DNA of 64,000 nt. It comes from a virus. Below are positions 8,660 to 16,907 of this stretch, piece by piece. A program made the translations under genes and the position numbers. How positions within the stretch are numbered: position 1 is the first letter of the stretch; each line of letters starts with the position of its first letter. The stretch lies in IMG/VR virus record IMGVR_UViG_3300031227_009907, positions 17,577-81,576 of that record; one strand, written 5' to 3'. The notes below the pieces were generated by a model. The model made no database searches. It was not told the DNA's origin and was given only the letters and a program-made list of their open reading frames with translations.

Positions 8660-9052
8660 GTGAAAGTTGTCGTTAAACAGCCTGAAGGGGTTAAGTTGGT
8701 TAAGAACGTCTCGTGGCGCTATATTACTCCTGAGATTTTGTATGTCTCGATAAGCGTTACAGAGAAATGGCCTTCTTATGGTTGGGGTGGCGGTATCACC
8801 GATAAAGGGGAGTCCTATGGTGGTGTTTATCTTTATGCGGGGGGTGATGAAGCCATTAGGACTTTTACTGCTAAGACAGTTGAGGTAGGTTTTATCCCGG
8901 AGAATGATAGGGAGAAGACTATCCTTGGGGGGGTAAAAGCTACTCTTGAGCCGTATTATGGCGTTCATTATCTCATAATGACAAATGAATGCCTCTCAGC
9001 CGCTTTGAAGAAGCAGTCGGGGGGTTCCCTTAATCTTGAGGTCAATGAGTAG
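8660..9052 (+). CDS. hypothetical protein
   Basis: AAGGAG SD, GTG start. Confidence 0.65.
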   Translation: MKVVVKQPEGVKLVKNVSWRYITPEILYVSISVTEKWPSYGWGGGITDKGESYGGVYLYAGGDEAIRTFTAKTVEVGFIPENDREKTILGGVKATLEPYYGVHYLIMTNECLSAALKKQSGGSLNLEVNE

Positions 9053-9089
9053 GGGTATTATTTTTCCTATTTTAAGCGAGGAGAAAGAA

Positions 9090-9401
9090 ATGTCTGAATA
9101 TGAGTACCCTTACCCTATAACGTCAGATACTCCGATGGGGAAGCTTATTGATCGGATAGGTGATTCGCTTGCGAGCAAAGGCCAGCAACTGTGTTGGTTC
9201 CGCTCAGGCCGGAGCACTAACCGTGCGAATGTGACCGTGAATGCCGGGATTTTTCCATTGGGTATTAGAACGTCTGTACATGGGAAAGATTGCATTCATC
9301 ATCTTGTTTCGTGGGACTGGACTCCGCATGTTGGTAAAACGGAAAGGAGTGCTCAGTATAAAGACCTAAACTATGAATGGGGCAATTATATTAGTGAATA
9401 G
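9090..9401 (+). CDS. hypothetical protein
   Basis: GAGGAG SD before ATG 9090. Confidence 0.65.
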   Translation: MSEYEYPYPITSDTPMGKLIDRIGDSLASKGQQLCWFRSGRSTNRANVTVNAGIFPLGIRTSVHGKDCIHHLVSWDWTPHVGKTERSAQYKDLNYEWGNYISE

Positions 9402-9493
9402 GAATGAAATGTGTCTTAAGGCTACCCTGGGAACTAAGGAGAGTGCTGTGAAAGTTGTTGTTAAACAGCAGAACAGGGAAGGACGGTGACGGG

Positions 9494-9676
9494 ATGACTC
9501 ACCTGTACAAAACGACGTATCATCGGGATGGAAGCGTGACGCTGTGGAACGTCTACACACAGGATTGGGAGCGGACCTCGTCCCCATCGGATAGGGTCCT
9601 GTCCTCGCTCGATGCAGACGAGCGGCGTCGCGTGACACGACACACTGAGAGCTTGGTTCATAACACACCCGAATGA
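9494..9676 (+). CDS. hypothetical protein (GC-rich insert)
   Basis: MTHLYKTTYHRDGSVTLWNVY..W. Confidence 0.6.
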   Translation: MTHLYKTTYHRDGSVTLWNVYTQDWERTSSPSDRVLSSLDADERRRVTRHTESLVHNTPE

Positions 9677-9712
9677 CATTTAACGCCCGCGAGGGCAAAG
9701 GAGGATGACGCT

Positions 9713-9967
9713 GTGAGTGTCTGTGACGACATCTGCGAGCTGATAGACGATGGCGTGCCGCTCGATGATATCCTCGTTAATGACGGCGACGATACGCTGG
9801 GCGATGACTGCGCTATCACTCAGGCAGCGCTTGATGAACTTATCCGGGAGTGGGAATCGTCTGGTAGAGATTGCTCCGGCGTTGATCTCTCAAGCGCTCG
9901 GGCCTGGCTCACACGTCGAGGGCTTGATCCCGACAAACCAATGTCTTGGGCCGGTGAGGGAGGCTGA
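9713..9967 (+). CDS. acidic hypothetical protein (GC-rich insert)
   Basis: AAGGAGG SD, GTG start. Confidence 0.65.
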   Translation: MSVCDDICELIDDGVPLDDILVNDGDDTLGDDCAITQAALDELIREWESSGRDCSGVDLSSARAWLTRRGLDPDKPMSWAGEGG

Positions 9968-9986
9968 AGTAGTTTCATGGTAGTTG

Positions 9987-10025
9987 AACAATTCAGTGGA
10001 ACAATTCAGTGTAACAATTCAGTGG
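9987..10025 (+). repeat. 3 x 13-bp tandem repeat
   Basis: AACAATTCAGTG(G/T) x3 directly upstream of sigma-like gene. Confidence 0.9.
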
Positions 10026-10034
10026 AGCGATATA

Positions 10035-10523
10035 ATGACATTTGAACAAGTTTTAGCGGCAACGATGCCGACTATAAGAAAATGTAGCTTTGTTATGCCA
10101 GGGAACAGGGATGATAATGACGCTGATTTACAGGCGTTGTGCTGGGTTGCTTGGAAGAGGTGCCCAGTTAATGATGAATTTAAGAGGTATTTTTATAAAT
10201 GCGTAAGGTCTAAATTTAGTAGGTTCAAAAGATTTACTCTTCCAACGGTTGACCCCGCAGAATTTTGTGAGTGTGTTGGGAAAAGTCTTTTATCATATGA
10301 GCATTTTTTTGATAAGGTCCGGGAAATCCTGCCCCCACTTCCCTCTCCTATTACTCGATTATTTTCATTATATGAAAGTCCTCCGCATGAATTGGCCTGT
10401 GATCCTAAGTGGTCTTCGTGGAAGATCGCGCAGCACCTGGGGATTAGTGAACAGTATGTTAGGAGGTTAAAGGCAAGGCTTTATGACGTTGTTATTGCTT
10501 TAATAAAAAGGGAAATAGGATGA
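10035..10523 (+). CDS. sigma70/ECF-like factor
   Basis: Region-2-like D..DLQ..W..F..YFY and C-terminal HTH KIAQHLGISEQYVRRLKARL. Confidence 0.55.
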   Translation: MTFEQVLAATMPTIRKCSFVMPGNRDDNDADLQALCWVAWKRCPVNDEFKRYFYKCVRSKFSRFKRFTLPTVDPAEFCECVGKSLLSYEHFFDKVREILPPLPSPITRLFSLYESPPHELACDPKWSSWKIAQHLGISEQYVRRLKARLYDVVIALIKREIG

Positions 10524-10867
10524 AGTCTTCTAAAAAAACAAATTGGAGTCTTAAGGACTGGGTTAAGTTTGTTCTTGACAAGCCTATTAAGGTAAGACGA
10601 AAAAATATAGTCAGAGTGATTAGTATAGTAAGGCGGCTATACCTATATTCTGTGTGGAAGAAAGAATCTGTCCGGAAGGAGATATATGGATTTGTGTGTC
10701 TTGATCCTATGAGCCAGTCGTCTGGGGAGAAGAACCAATATCTGTTTGGTGCCCCCATTAAGGGGACGGTCCCAGAGCGGATAGCTCACCCTGGTTACGC
10801 TAGGGCTAAGTTGACTGTTTATCACGGAGGAATGGAGCCTGGGGCCTGGAAACTTAGAAAGGGGTAG
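10520..10867 (+). CDS. hypothetical protein
   Basis: ATGA coupling. Confidence 0.6.
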   Translation: MKSSKKTNWSLKDWVKFVLDKPIKVRRKNIVRVISIVRRLYLYSVWKKESVRKEIYGFVCLDPMSQSSGEKNQYLFGAPIKGTVPERIAHPGYARAKLTVYHGGMEPGAWKLRKG

Positions 10868-10872
10868 TTCCC

Positions 10873-11196
10873 ATGGGGCGTATTTCAATGTTGACACTTG
10901 ATGATGTAAGAAATAAAGATGGTGGCGGGTTTTATAAGTTCGTTAAAATGAATGAGGGATCGTTTCGTTTTTTCGATGTTACTAATTCTCCCCGGAGGAA
11001 TCATGCGTCTTTACTTTTAGAGGGTGAGACCAAAGATGATGTGTCGTCGGCGGGCTCCATATGCACGTATGGTTCTCCCACTAAAGGGTCATGGAGAATG
11101 AAGGATTTTGGGTCTTTGACATTAATGGTTGGGGGCTCTTACGGTGTCGAAGATGAATTGAGGGCATTGCTTTTGCCTAGAGCATGGAAAACTTAG
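10873..11196 (+). CDS. hypothetical protein
   Basis: ORF in operon. Confidence 0.6.
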   Translation: MGRISMLTLDDVRNKDGGGFYKFVKMNEGSFRFFDVTNSPRRNHASLLLEGETKDDVSSAGSICTYGSPTKGSWRMKDFGSLTLMVGGSYGVEDELRALLLPRAWKT

Positions 11197-11272
11197 AAAG
11201 GGGTAGCATTTATGTAATGTTGAGGCTTTAGTATGGTGTGTTGGGAAATACATTTGTAAAAGGAGATATCGG

Positions 11273-12229
11273 ATGGCGAAGGAAAATGAAATGGAAGAGG
11301 CTTTGAGTGGCCTGGAGGATTTGGATGACATTTTTGAGGAGGAGGATGGAGGCGAATCTGGAGATGAGCTTGTTGACGAGGAAGGGCTTGACGATTCTGA
11401 CCCTGATGAGGAGGGTGAAGAGGAGGTGGTTGATGAGGTAGATGAGGTAGAAGATACGGGTTCTGATGATATTGACAATCTTTTTGGGGCCGATGAGGAA
11501 GAGGAATCTGAAGGGGTATCTGACGAGGAATTGGGAGGTGATGTATTGTTTGAAGCTGAGGTTTCTGAGCCAGCGTCCAAAGAGGAGCCTGAGAAGGGCA
11601 CAGATAAAGCGGTTGAACCTAGGCGGGGTCGTGGTCGTCCGAAGGGAAGCAAAAATAAGGCCACTAAGGCTACCGAGACCGCTAAGAGTGCTAAGACTAC
11701 TGAGGCTGCTGAGACAACTAAGGCTGCTAAGGCTGCCGAGACCACTGAGGCCGTTGAGTCCGTTGAGGCCGCTAAGGCTACGGGTAAGGTGCAAAAGGGG
11801 TCTCAGGAGGCAAAGGACCGTATGGCTAAAGCCCGTGAAGCTCGAAAATCGCCTGGACGTACGGGTTACCCAAGGCTCGTTGTTGGTAGCGTAAGGACGG
11901 TTATCCCTGCTACATTTAAGGAACTTTATTCGCTTTGCGCGACTAAGATTCCTGGTGTTGAGATTCTTCACAAGAAAACCCGGTCTGTTATGCGCGTTAA
12001 TGGTCATCCATTCGCAACATTCGTTATGGATGGGATGGGGGTCGCAAATTGCACGGTCTACCTGAATAAGTCCGCGAACACCAAGTTTGATGATCCCAAT
12101 GGGCTCCTTGGGGATGCTGCTGACCTGAGTGTTGCCGGGGTCGGTTATAAGATTTCCGTTACAGTGCCGACTCAGATTGCAGCCCTGAAGCTGATCGCGC
12201 AGCATTTTAAGGTCGTTAGAGCTACGTAA
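11273..12229 (+). CDS. acidic / AT-hook / A-K-T-E repeat DNA-binding protein
   Basis: ~100 aa D/E-rich N-terminus, RRGRGRPKGSKNK AT-hook, 9-bp coding repeats ~11660-11780, globular C-terminus. Confidence 0.8.
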   Translation: MAKENEMEEALSGLEDLDDIFEEEDGGESGDELVDEEGLDDSDPDEEGEEEVVDEVDEVEDTGSDDIDNLFGADEEEESEGVSDEELGGDVLFEAEVSEPASKEEPEKGTDKAVEPRRGRGRPKGSKNKATKATETAKSAKTTEAAETTKAAKAAETTEAVESVEAAKATGKVQKGSQEAKDRMAKAREARKSPGRTGYPRLVVGSVRTVIPATFKELYSLCATKIPGVEILHKKTRSVMRVNGHPFATFVMDGMGVANCTVYLNKSANTKFDDPNGLLGDAADLSVAGVGYKISVTVPTQIAALKLIAQHFKVVRAT

Positions 12230-12252
12230 CGAGCTTTTCCATTGTGGTGTTT

Positions 12253-12263
12253 GTTCTTTGACA
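12253..12263 (+). promoter_or_regulatory. boxA-like element (copy 1)
   Basis: GTTCTTTGACA, identical at 12598 and 58052. Confidence 0.5.
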
Positions 12264-12268
12264 TTGTA

Positions 12269-12382
12269 GGCGACAGGGTAACTATAAAATGTTACTCGTT
12301 TACGGAGAACCGTATGGAGGATGGGGATGTATTGAGCATCCCTCCTCTCGTGGTTGAGGCTAAAAAACCCTTTCCTGTCGCT
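12269..12382 (+). ncRNA. putative structured RNA 1
   Basis: Closing stem GGCGACAGGG/TCCTGTCGCT; inner hairpins GGGTAAC/GTTACTC, TACGG/CCGTA, GGGATG/CATCCC. Confidence 0.55.
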
Positions 12383-12402
12383 CATTTTACTCCCCGGAGA
12401 TA

Positions 12403-12588
12403 ATGATGAGTAAAAAGAATTGTGAGGATGGAATTATTGTTAGTAGGGGAGAAGGAGTCCCATTGCCGTTGCTGGGAACGCGAGTAAGACTTTTTGGGCG
12501 AGTATTAGAGGTTTATAGGGCTGAAGCACCTGGCTATATTCCTCTAAGAAAACCCATTAAGACTCGTATCGTTTTGATTGAGAGATAA
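12403..12588 (+). CDS. hypothetical protein
   Basis: GGAG SD, 61 aa. Confidence 0.5.
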   Translation: MMSKKNCEDGIIVSRGEGVPLPLLGTRVRLFGRVLEVYRAEAPGYIPLRKPIKTRIVLIER

Positions 12589-12597
12589 GCTTCTTTT

Positions 12598-12608
12598 GTT
12601 CTTTGACA
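12598..12608 (+). promoter_or_regulatory. boxA-like element (copy 2)
   Basis: GTTCTTTGACA. Confidence 0.5.
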
Positions 12609-12624
12609 TTCCTTTGGCTGAAGC

Positions 12625-12800
12625 CGGTGTGGGACAGTGGAGAGCAGCAGGCTACTGCGGATAATCCACGGGAAACGGTTAATTATCGCTCGTCTCTAGG
12701 TTCCGGTTGAGTGTGTCTACCCCCAACACTATTCTACGTTGAGGGAATTCTACTCAAACCTTGCAACGAGGCTACCAGGTTAGAATCCTGGCCCACACTG
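12625..12800 (+). ncRNA. putative tRNA-like structured RNA 2 (~176 nt)
   Basis: CGGTGTGGG/CCCACACTG closing stem stacked on T-arm CCAGG-TTAGAAT-CCTGG; inner GTGGA/TCCAC, GCAG/CTGC, CTCGT/ACGAG, TTGAGT/ACTCAA helices; T-tract after. Confidence 0.7.
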
Positions 12801-12832
12801 TTTTTATTTTGATGATAATTAGGAGATGCGCA

Positions 12833-13177
12833 ATGTCTCGATTAGCACTGGAAATAGGACGGTATAAGACGCTGGTTTTTGGAAGCGTGTTGGAGCAGAG
12901 CGAGGATTTGCGCCGTGGGAAGACGCAGACGCACAAGGATATTTGGGATTCTCCAAGTTTTTCCATTAAGGCTTGTGGTTCTCCTGAACTCACCCTTAAT
13001 ATCCTTCACATTCGGGGTTCGCTGCTTGATCGTGACTCCGATATGTTTTTATGCAACTGTAATAGTGTTGGTGCTGCGGTTGCGCTTATCAATAACATTC
13101 AGATAGGTGTGCATGAGATTAACAAGGTGGGGTATCCTGATAAAGATCACGCCGTGGAAATGCGCACAATTGAATAG
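12833..13177 (+). CDS. hypothetical protein
   Basis: AGGAG SD; S.PEL..L.IRG..D pattern. Confidence 0.7.
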   Translation: MSRLALEIGRYKTLVFGSVLEQSEDLRRGKTQTHKDIWDSPSFSIKACGSPELTLNILHIRGSLLDRDSDMFLCNCNSVGAAVALINNIQIGVHEINKVGYPDKDHAVEMRTIE

Positions 13178-13184
13178 GAGGTGA

Positions 13185-13376
13185 GTGATGGAAGGTCCTC
13201 TCGTGTCGCTCGTGCTTTTATCGTGGCTGTCCGGAGTGGCAACTATGGCCATCGTCAAATCTGTTGAAAATAAGGACGCAGTAGTCTCCGTATATTTGAC
13301 GCTTGCTACTGTTGCGCTGCTTGTCTTTGCTGTCCTTATTGCCGTATTCATTGAGAAAAGAGTCCTCGGATGCTGA
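13185..13376 (+). CDS. small membrane protein (2 TM)
   Basis: AGGAGG SD, two hydrophobic segments. Confidence 0.6.
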   Translation: MMEGPLVSLVLLSWLSGVATMAIVKSVENKDAVVSVYLTLATVALLVFAVLIAVFIEKRVLGC

Positions 13377-13445
13377 CATGGATGCGTTTAGTTTGTAGCC
13401 TGGGATTAAACAGGAAATGCACATAGTTGAATAAAAGGTCTTATT

Positions 13446-16097
13446 ATGCCTTTTGTTTCTCTCCATAATCACACAGAGTATTCAATTTTAGACGGTATTG
13501 GGTCTCCCCTTGAATGGGCGGAAGGGGCTAAGGCCAAGGGGATGCCTGCAATTGCCATTACAGATCATGGGAATATGTCTGGTGTAATGAAATTCTATTT
13601 AGCTTGTAAGGATGTTGGCGTTAAGCCGATAATAGGTTGCGAAGTATATATCGTAAGGGATGTGGAGGAAAAGACGCGAACAAGGGGGCATTTAGTTCTT
13701 TTAGCTAAGAACTATAAGGGGTATTTAAACCTATTAAAGCTAGTTAGCGAAAGTTCTCTTCGTGGTTTTTACTATAAGCCACGAGTTGATTTTTCTATGT
13801 TATTAAAATACAGCAAGGGACTTATTGGTTTATCTGCCTGCGTCCAGGGGCAAATCCCATTAGCTATTGCGGCTGGGAGGTCGTCTCTTGCGGTTAAGTT
13901 AGCAAAAACATTTAAGCGCATATTCAATGGGGATTTCTACTTAGAGTTAATGCCCCATAATCTTAGTGGGTTGGAGCGCATTAATTTTGGTTTAGTGAAT
14001 ATATCTAAAGAATTAGATATCCCCGTGGTTGTTACAAATGATTGCCACTATATAAATCCTGAAGACGTAGAAATCCAAGATGTCCTTCTGGCTATAGGCT
14101 TACATAAACCAATAGAGGAGTCGAGGTTTGACGTAAGGGATTGCCATTTGCGCGGTGCAGACGCAATGATTAAGGCGTTTTGTGACCATCAACCAAAATT
14201 CTATAGTATGCACCCCTCTTTAATACTCAGGGGTTGCGCAAATACGTTGGAAATAGCGGATAAGTGCGATGTTGAAATTCCACATGGTAGTTTTGACTTT
14301 CCTATTGTGGATAAAGATAATCCTGAGCGGTTAATTAAGGAACTTTGCGCTAAGGGTTGGGTTAGAAAGTTCCCCGAAGAATATGAAAGGATTAGAGAAG
14401 GAAATTATAATACCGCATATTATAAGCGATATAGAGTTGAGATTGATACTATCGTTGAGATGGGTTACGCTAATTATTTCTTAATGATAGTTGACCTTGT
14501 GTCCTGGGCAAAAAAACAAGGGATATGGGTTGGGCCAGCGAGAGGAAGCGTAGCAGGATCACTTGTGGCCTATTTGTTGGGCATTACAGAGGTTGATCCG
14601 CTTAGGTGGGGGCTCATGTTTGAGAGGTTCCTAAGTCGATCAAGAAAAACAAAGATTCCAGATATTGACTTAGATTTCCAGGCTGATAGGCGCGGGGAAG
14701 CTATTGAATATCTTCAAAAAAAGTGGGGGGAAGATCGTGTAGCGGCTATCTGTACATACGGGCATATGGGGGCTAAGGGGGCTATCAAGGACGTTAGTAA
14801 GGCTTTTGATGTCCCTTTTCCCGTTGTAAACAGTATAACAACGCAAATGGGTTTTAATGTTAGCCTTTCTGATACTAAAACATTAAGGAAGGTTCCTGGT
14901 TTTGTGGAGTTTTGTCGTAGAAATCCAACAGTATTCAAGATAGCAAGAAGACTTGAGGGAAAGATTAAATATAAGGGAACGCACGCTGCGGGGGTTGTGA
15001 TAGCCCCGGAGCCCATTGATACCTATTTGCCCCTTAGAAGGGCTACAGGGCAGTCTAAGGGGGTTCTACCGGTAACACAGTGGGATATGGATGATGCCGC
15101 TGAAAGGGGACTTGTGAAGGTTGACATCCTTGGGCTAACAAATCTCCAGGTTATGCAGGAGGCTTCCGATTTAATAAGAGAGGAGAATTCTGGGTTTGAT
15201 ATACATAAATATGATTTTAACAATAAACAGGTCTGGAAGGCGTTCTCAACGGGTCTTGCGATGGGGATATTTCAGGCAGAGAGAGGACACTTCAGATATT
15301 TACTGAAAGAAATAAAGCCTCAAAACATAAATGAACTTGCGGTTGTAACCGCGTTAGTTCGTCCTGGAGCCAAAGAGGTTGGACAGGATGAATTGTATAT
15401 AATGAATAAGAGAAATCCTAGGAAAATTGTATATGACCACCCCTTATTTGAAGGTATCCTTAAAAATACATATGGTGTGTTGTGTTTCCAAGAACAAGTG
15501 ATGGCTATCTGTAATAAGGTTGGCGGGATTAGTCTTGACGATACAGACCTTATCAGAGACGTTCTTGCAAAGAAGAAGCCTAAAGAAACAAGGGAGTGGA
15601 GAGAAACCTTTTTGAAAGGGGCAGAGAAGAGGATAGGGCCTGAGTTAGCGAATAAATGGTGGAAAATGATTGAGGCACATGCAGGTTATTCATTTAATCT
15701 AAGTCATGCAGTTGCTTACTCAATTATTTCTTATCAGAATATGGTAATGAAGATTTTTTATCCATTACAGTATATGACCGCTTTGTTGCGCAATAACCTT
15801 AATAGCGACAATCTTGGTTTGTACATCGAAGAAGCCAATAAAATGAAGATACGAGTTAAAGAGCCCAATGTAGGATTAAGCGATATTAATTTTAAGATGA
15901 TTCTTGATAGGCCGGAGCATCCCATAAGGGCGAAACGTGGATATGTATTGGCAGGTTTTTTGTTTATTAAAGGAATTGGAGTGAAAAGCGCAAGTCGGCT
16001 TGTGAGGCTAAGGGATGAGCATGGTGTGGGTAAGTTCCTGAATTATGTGTCTAAGGGTATTCTTAAGAAGTTGGAAATCGCTGAGTTTAGAGTTTAA
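13446..16097 (+). CDS. dnaE: DNA polymerase III alpha subunit (family C), short form
   Basis: PHP HNHTEYSILDG, TDHG, NDCHY; RGSVAGS; PDIDLDF; KVDILGL; YSFNLSHAVAY; ends after HhH IKGIG. Confidence 0.95.
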   Translation: MPFVSLHNHTEYSILDGIGSPLEWAEGAKAKGMPAIAITDHGNMSGVMKFYLACKDVGVKPIIGCEVYIVRDVEEKTRTRGHLVLLAKNYKGYLNLLKLVSESSLRGFYYKPRVDFSMLLKYSKGLIGLSACVQGQIPLAIAAGRSSLAVKLAKTFKRIFNGDFYLELMPHNLSGLERINFGLVNISKELDIPVVVTNDCHYINPEDVEIQDVLLAIGLHKPIEESRFDVRDCHLRGADAMIKAFCDHQPKFYSMHPSLILRGCANTLEIADKCDVEIPHGSFDFPIVDKDNPERLIKELCAKGWVRKFPEEYERIREGNYNTAYYKRYRVEIDTIVEMGYANYFLMIVDLVSWAKKQGIWVGPARGSVAGSLVAYLLGITEVDPLRWGLMFERFLSRSRKTKIPDIDLDFQADRRGEAIEYLQKKWGEDRVAAICTYGHMGAKGAIKDVSKAFDVPFPVVNSITTQMGFNVSLSDTKTLRKVPGFVEFCRRNPTVFKIARRLEGKIKYKGTHAAGVVIAPEPIDTYLPLRRATGQSKGVLPVTQWDMDDAAERGLVKVDILGLTNLQVMQEASDLIREENSGFDIHKYDFNNKQVWKAFSTGLAMGIFQAERGHFRYLLKEIKPQNINELAVVTALVRPGAKEVGQDELYIMNKRNPRKIVYDHPLFEGILKNTYGVLCFQEQVMAICNKVGGISLDDTDLIRDVLAKKKPKETREWRETFLKGAEKRIGPELANKWWKMIEAHAGYSFNLSHAVAYSIISYQNMVMKIFYPLQYMTALLRNNLNSDNLGLYIEEANKMKIRVKEPNVGLSDINFKMILDRPEHPIRAKRGYVLAGFLFIKGIGVKSASRLVRLRDEHGVGKFLNYVSKGILKKLEIAEFRV

Positions 16098-16107
16098 GGG
16101 AGAAGAG

Positions 16108-16308
16108 ATGAAGAAGCTAATAGGTACTAGATTTGTAGTGCAGAGGATGGATGGTTCCTATAAGTGGACAATAATTATCTATGGGAGATTGAATTGTCCT
16201 GATTTTAGTGTTAATGGCGAATATAAGCATAAATCTGCGGATGGTGCGAGGAGAGGAAGTGGGCGATGGTTGAAGAAGTTTGGCATTGAACTACGCTGGA
16301 AGGACTAA
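16108..16308 (+). CDS. YegP/DUF1508-like miniprotein, array copy 1
   Basis: DGSYKWTI..YKHKSADGARRGSGRWLKKFGIEL. Confidence 0.75.
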   Translation: MKKLIGTRFVVQRMDGSYKWTIIIYGRLNCPDFSVNGEYKHKSADGARRGSGRWLKKFGIELRWKD

Positions 16309-16317
16309 GGGAAAGAA

Positions 16318-16518
16318 ATGAAGGGCTACAAAGCGGAAATAAAAGCTTGGGAGTTTTGTGGGGGAAGGTGGAATTGGACGATTGGATTTATGCTTAGGGG
16401 GCAAGCATATGGGGATGATGCTAGGCTTACTTCTGGTTGGTACAAAGGTTATAAAAGTGCCTCATTAGCTCGCAGGGCAGCGAAACGTTGGGCTAAGAAG
16501 TTAGGGATTGAACTGTAA
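16318..16518 (+). CDS. YegP/DUF1508-like miniprotein, copy 2
   Basis: GRWNWTI..YKSASLARRAAKRWAKKLGIEL. Confidence 0.8.
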   Translation: MKGYKAEIKAWEFCGGRWNWTIGFMLRGQAYGDDARLTSGWYKGYKSASLARRAAKRWAKKLGIEL

Positions 16519-16531
16519 GAAGGGAGAAGAG

Positions 16532-16732
16532 ATGAAGGGGTATGTAACGATCCGGGCTAACCCCCCTATTGATGGTGGGTGGAAGTGGACTATATTTGCG
16601 TATTATCCCAATAGTCCTATATTGCTTCGTATTGAGGCCGAATTTGCCTATAGTTCTGTTGATAGTGCGGATAGGGCGGCTAAACGTTGGGCGAAGAAGT
16701 TAGGTATTGATTTAGGAAAGGGAGAGAAATGA
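16532..16732 (+). CDS. YegP/DUF1508-like miniprotein, copy 3
   Basis: DGGWKWTI..YSSVDSADRAAKRWAKKLGIDL. Confidence 0.8.
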   Translation: MKGYVTIRANPPIDGGWKWTIFAYYPNSPILLRIEAEFAYSSVDSADRAAKRWAKKLGIDLGKGEK

Positions 16733-16905
16733 AGGGGTATGTAAGGAGGTACACTGTTGATGGTGAATGGAGGTGGACTATATTTGCGCGTCATCCCAAT
16801 AGTTCTATTCGGCTTCGTGTCGAGGGCGGATTTGACTATAGTTCTATTGATAGCGCAGATAGGGCGGCTAAACGGTGGGCGAAGAAGTTAGGTATTGAAT
16901 TGTAA
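16729..16905 (+). CDS. YegP/DUF1508-like miniprotein, copy 4 (not in ORF track)
   Basis: MKGYVRRYTVDGEWRWTIFARHPNSSIRLRVEGGFDYSSIDSADRAAKRWAKKLGIEL*; ATGA coupling. Confidence 0.8.
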   Translation: MKGYVRRYTVDGEWRWTIFARHPNSSIRLRVEGGFDYSSIDSADRAAKRWAKKLGIEL

Positions 16906-16907
16906 AA

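Larger units (their letters stand above)
8648..9469 (+). repeat. 34-bp direct repeat pair (8648-8681, 9436-9469): SD + gene start
   Basis: AAGGAGA(A/G)TGCTGTGAAAGTTGT(C/T)GTTAAACAGC twice; second copy is followed by GC-rich DNA. Confidence 0.9.

Noticed and set aside
2476-10025. CRISPR array
   Set aside because: Repeats come as different pairs separated by whole genes, with no constant repeat-spacer period and no cas genes
11122-12385. Long minus-strand and alternate-frame ORFs (207, 385, 142 aa)
   Set aside because: Shadows of the low-complexity repeat gene 11273-12229
12625-12800. tmRNA or intron-containing tRNA
   Set aside because: Too short for tmRNA, no G3-U70/CCA end or tag ORF, and no recoverable D or anticodon arm
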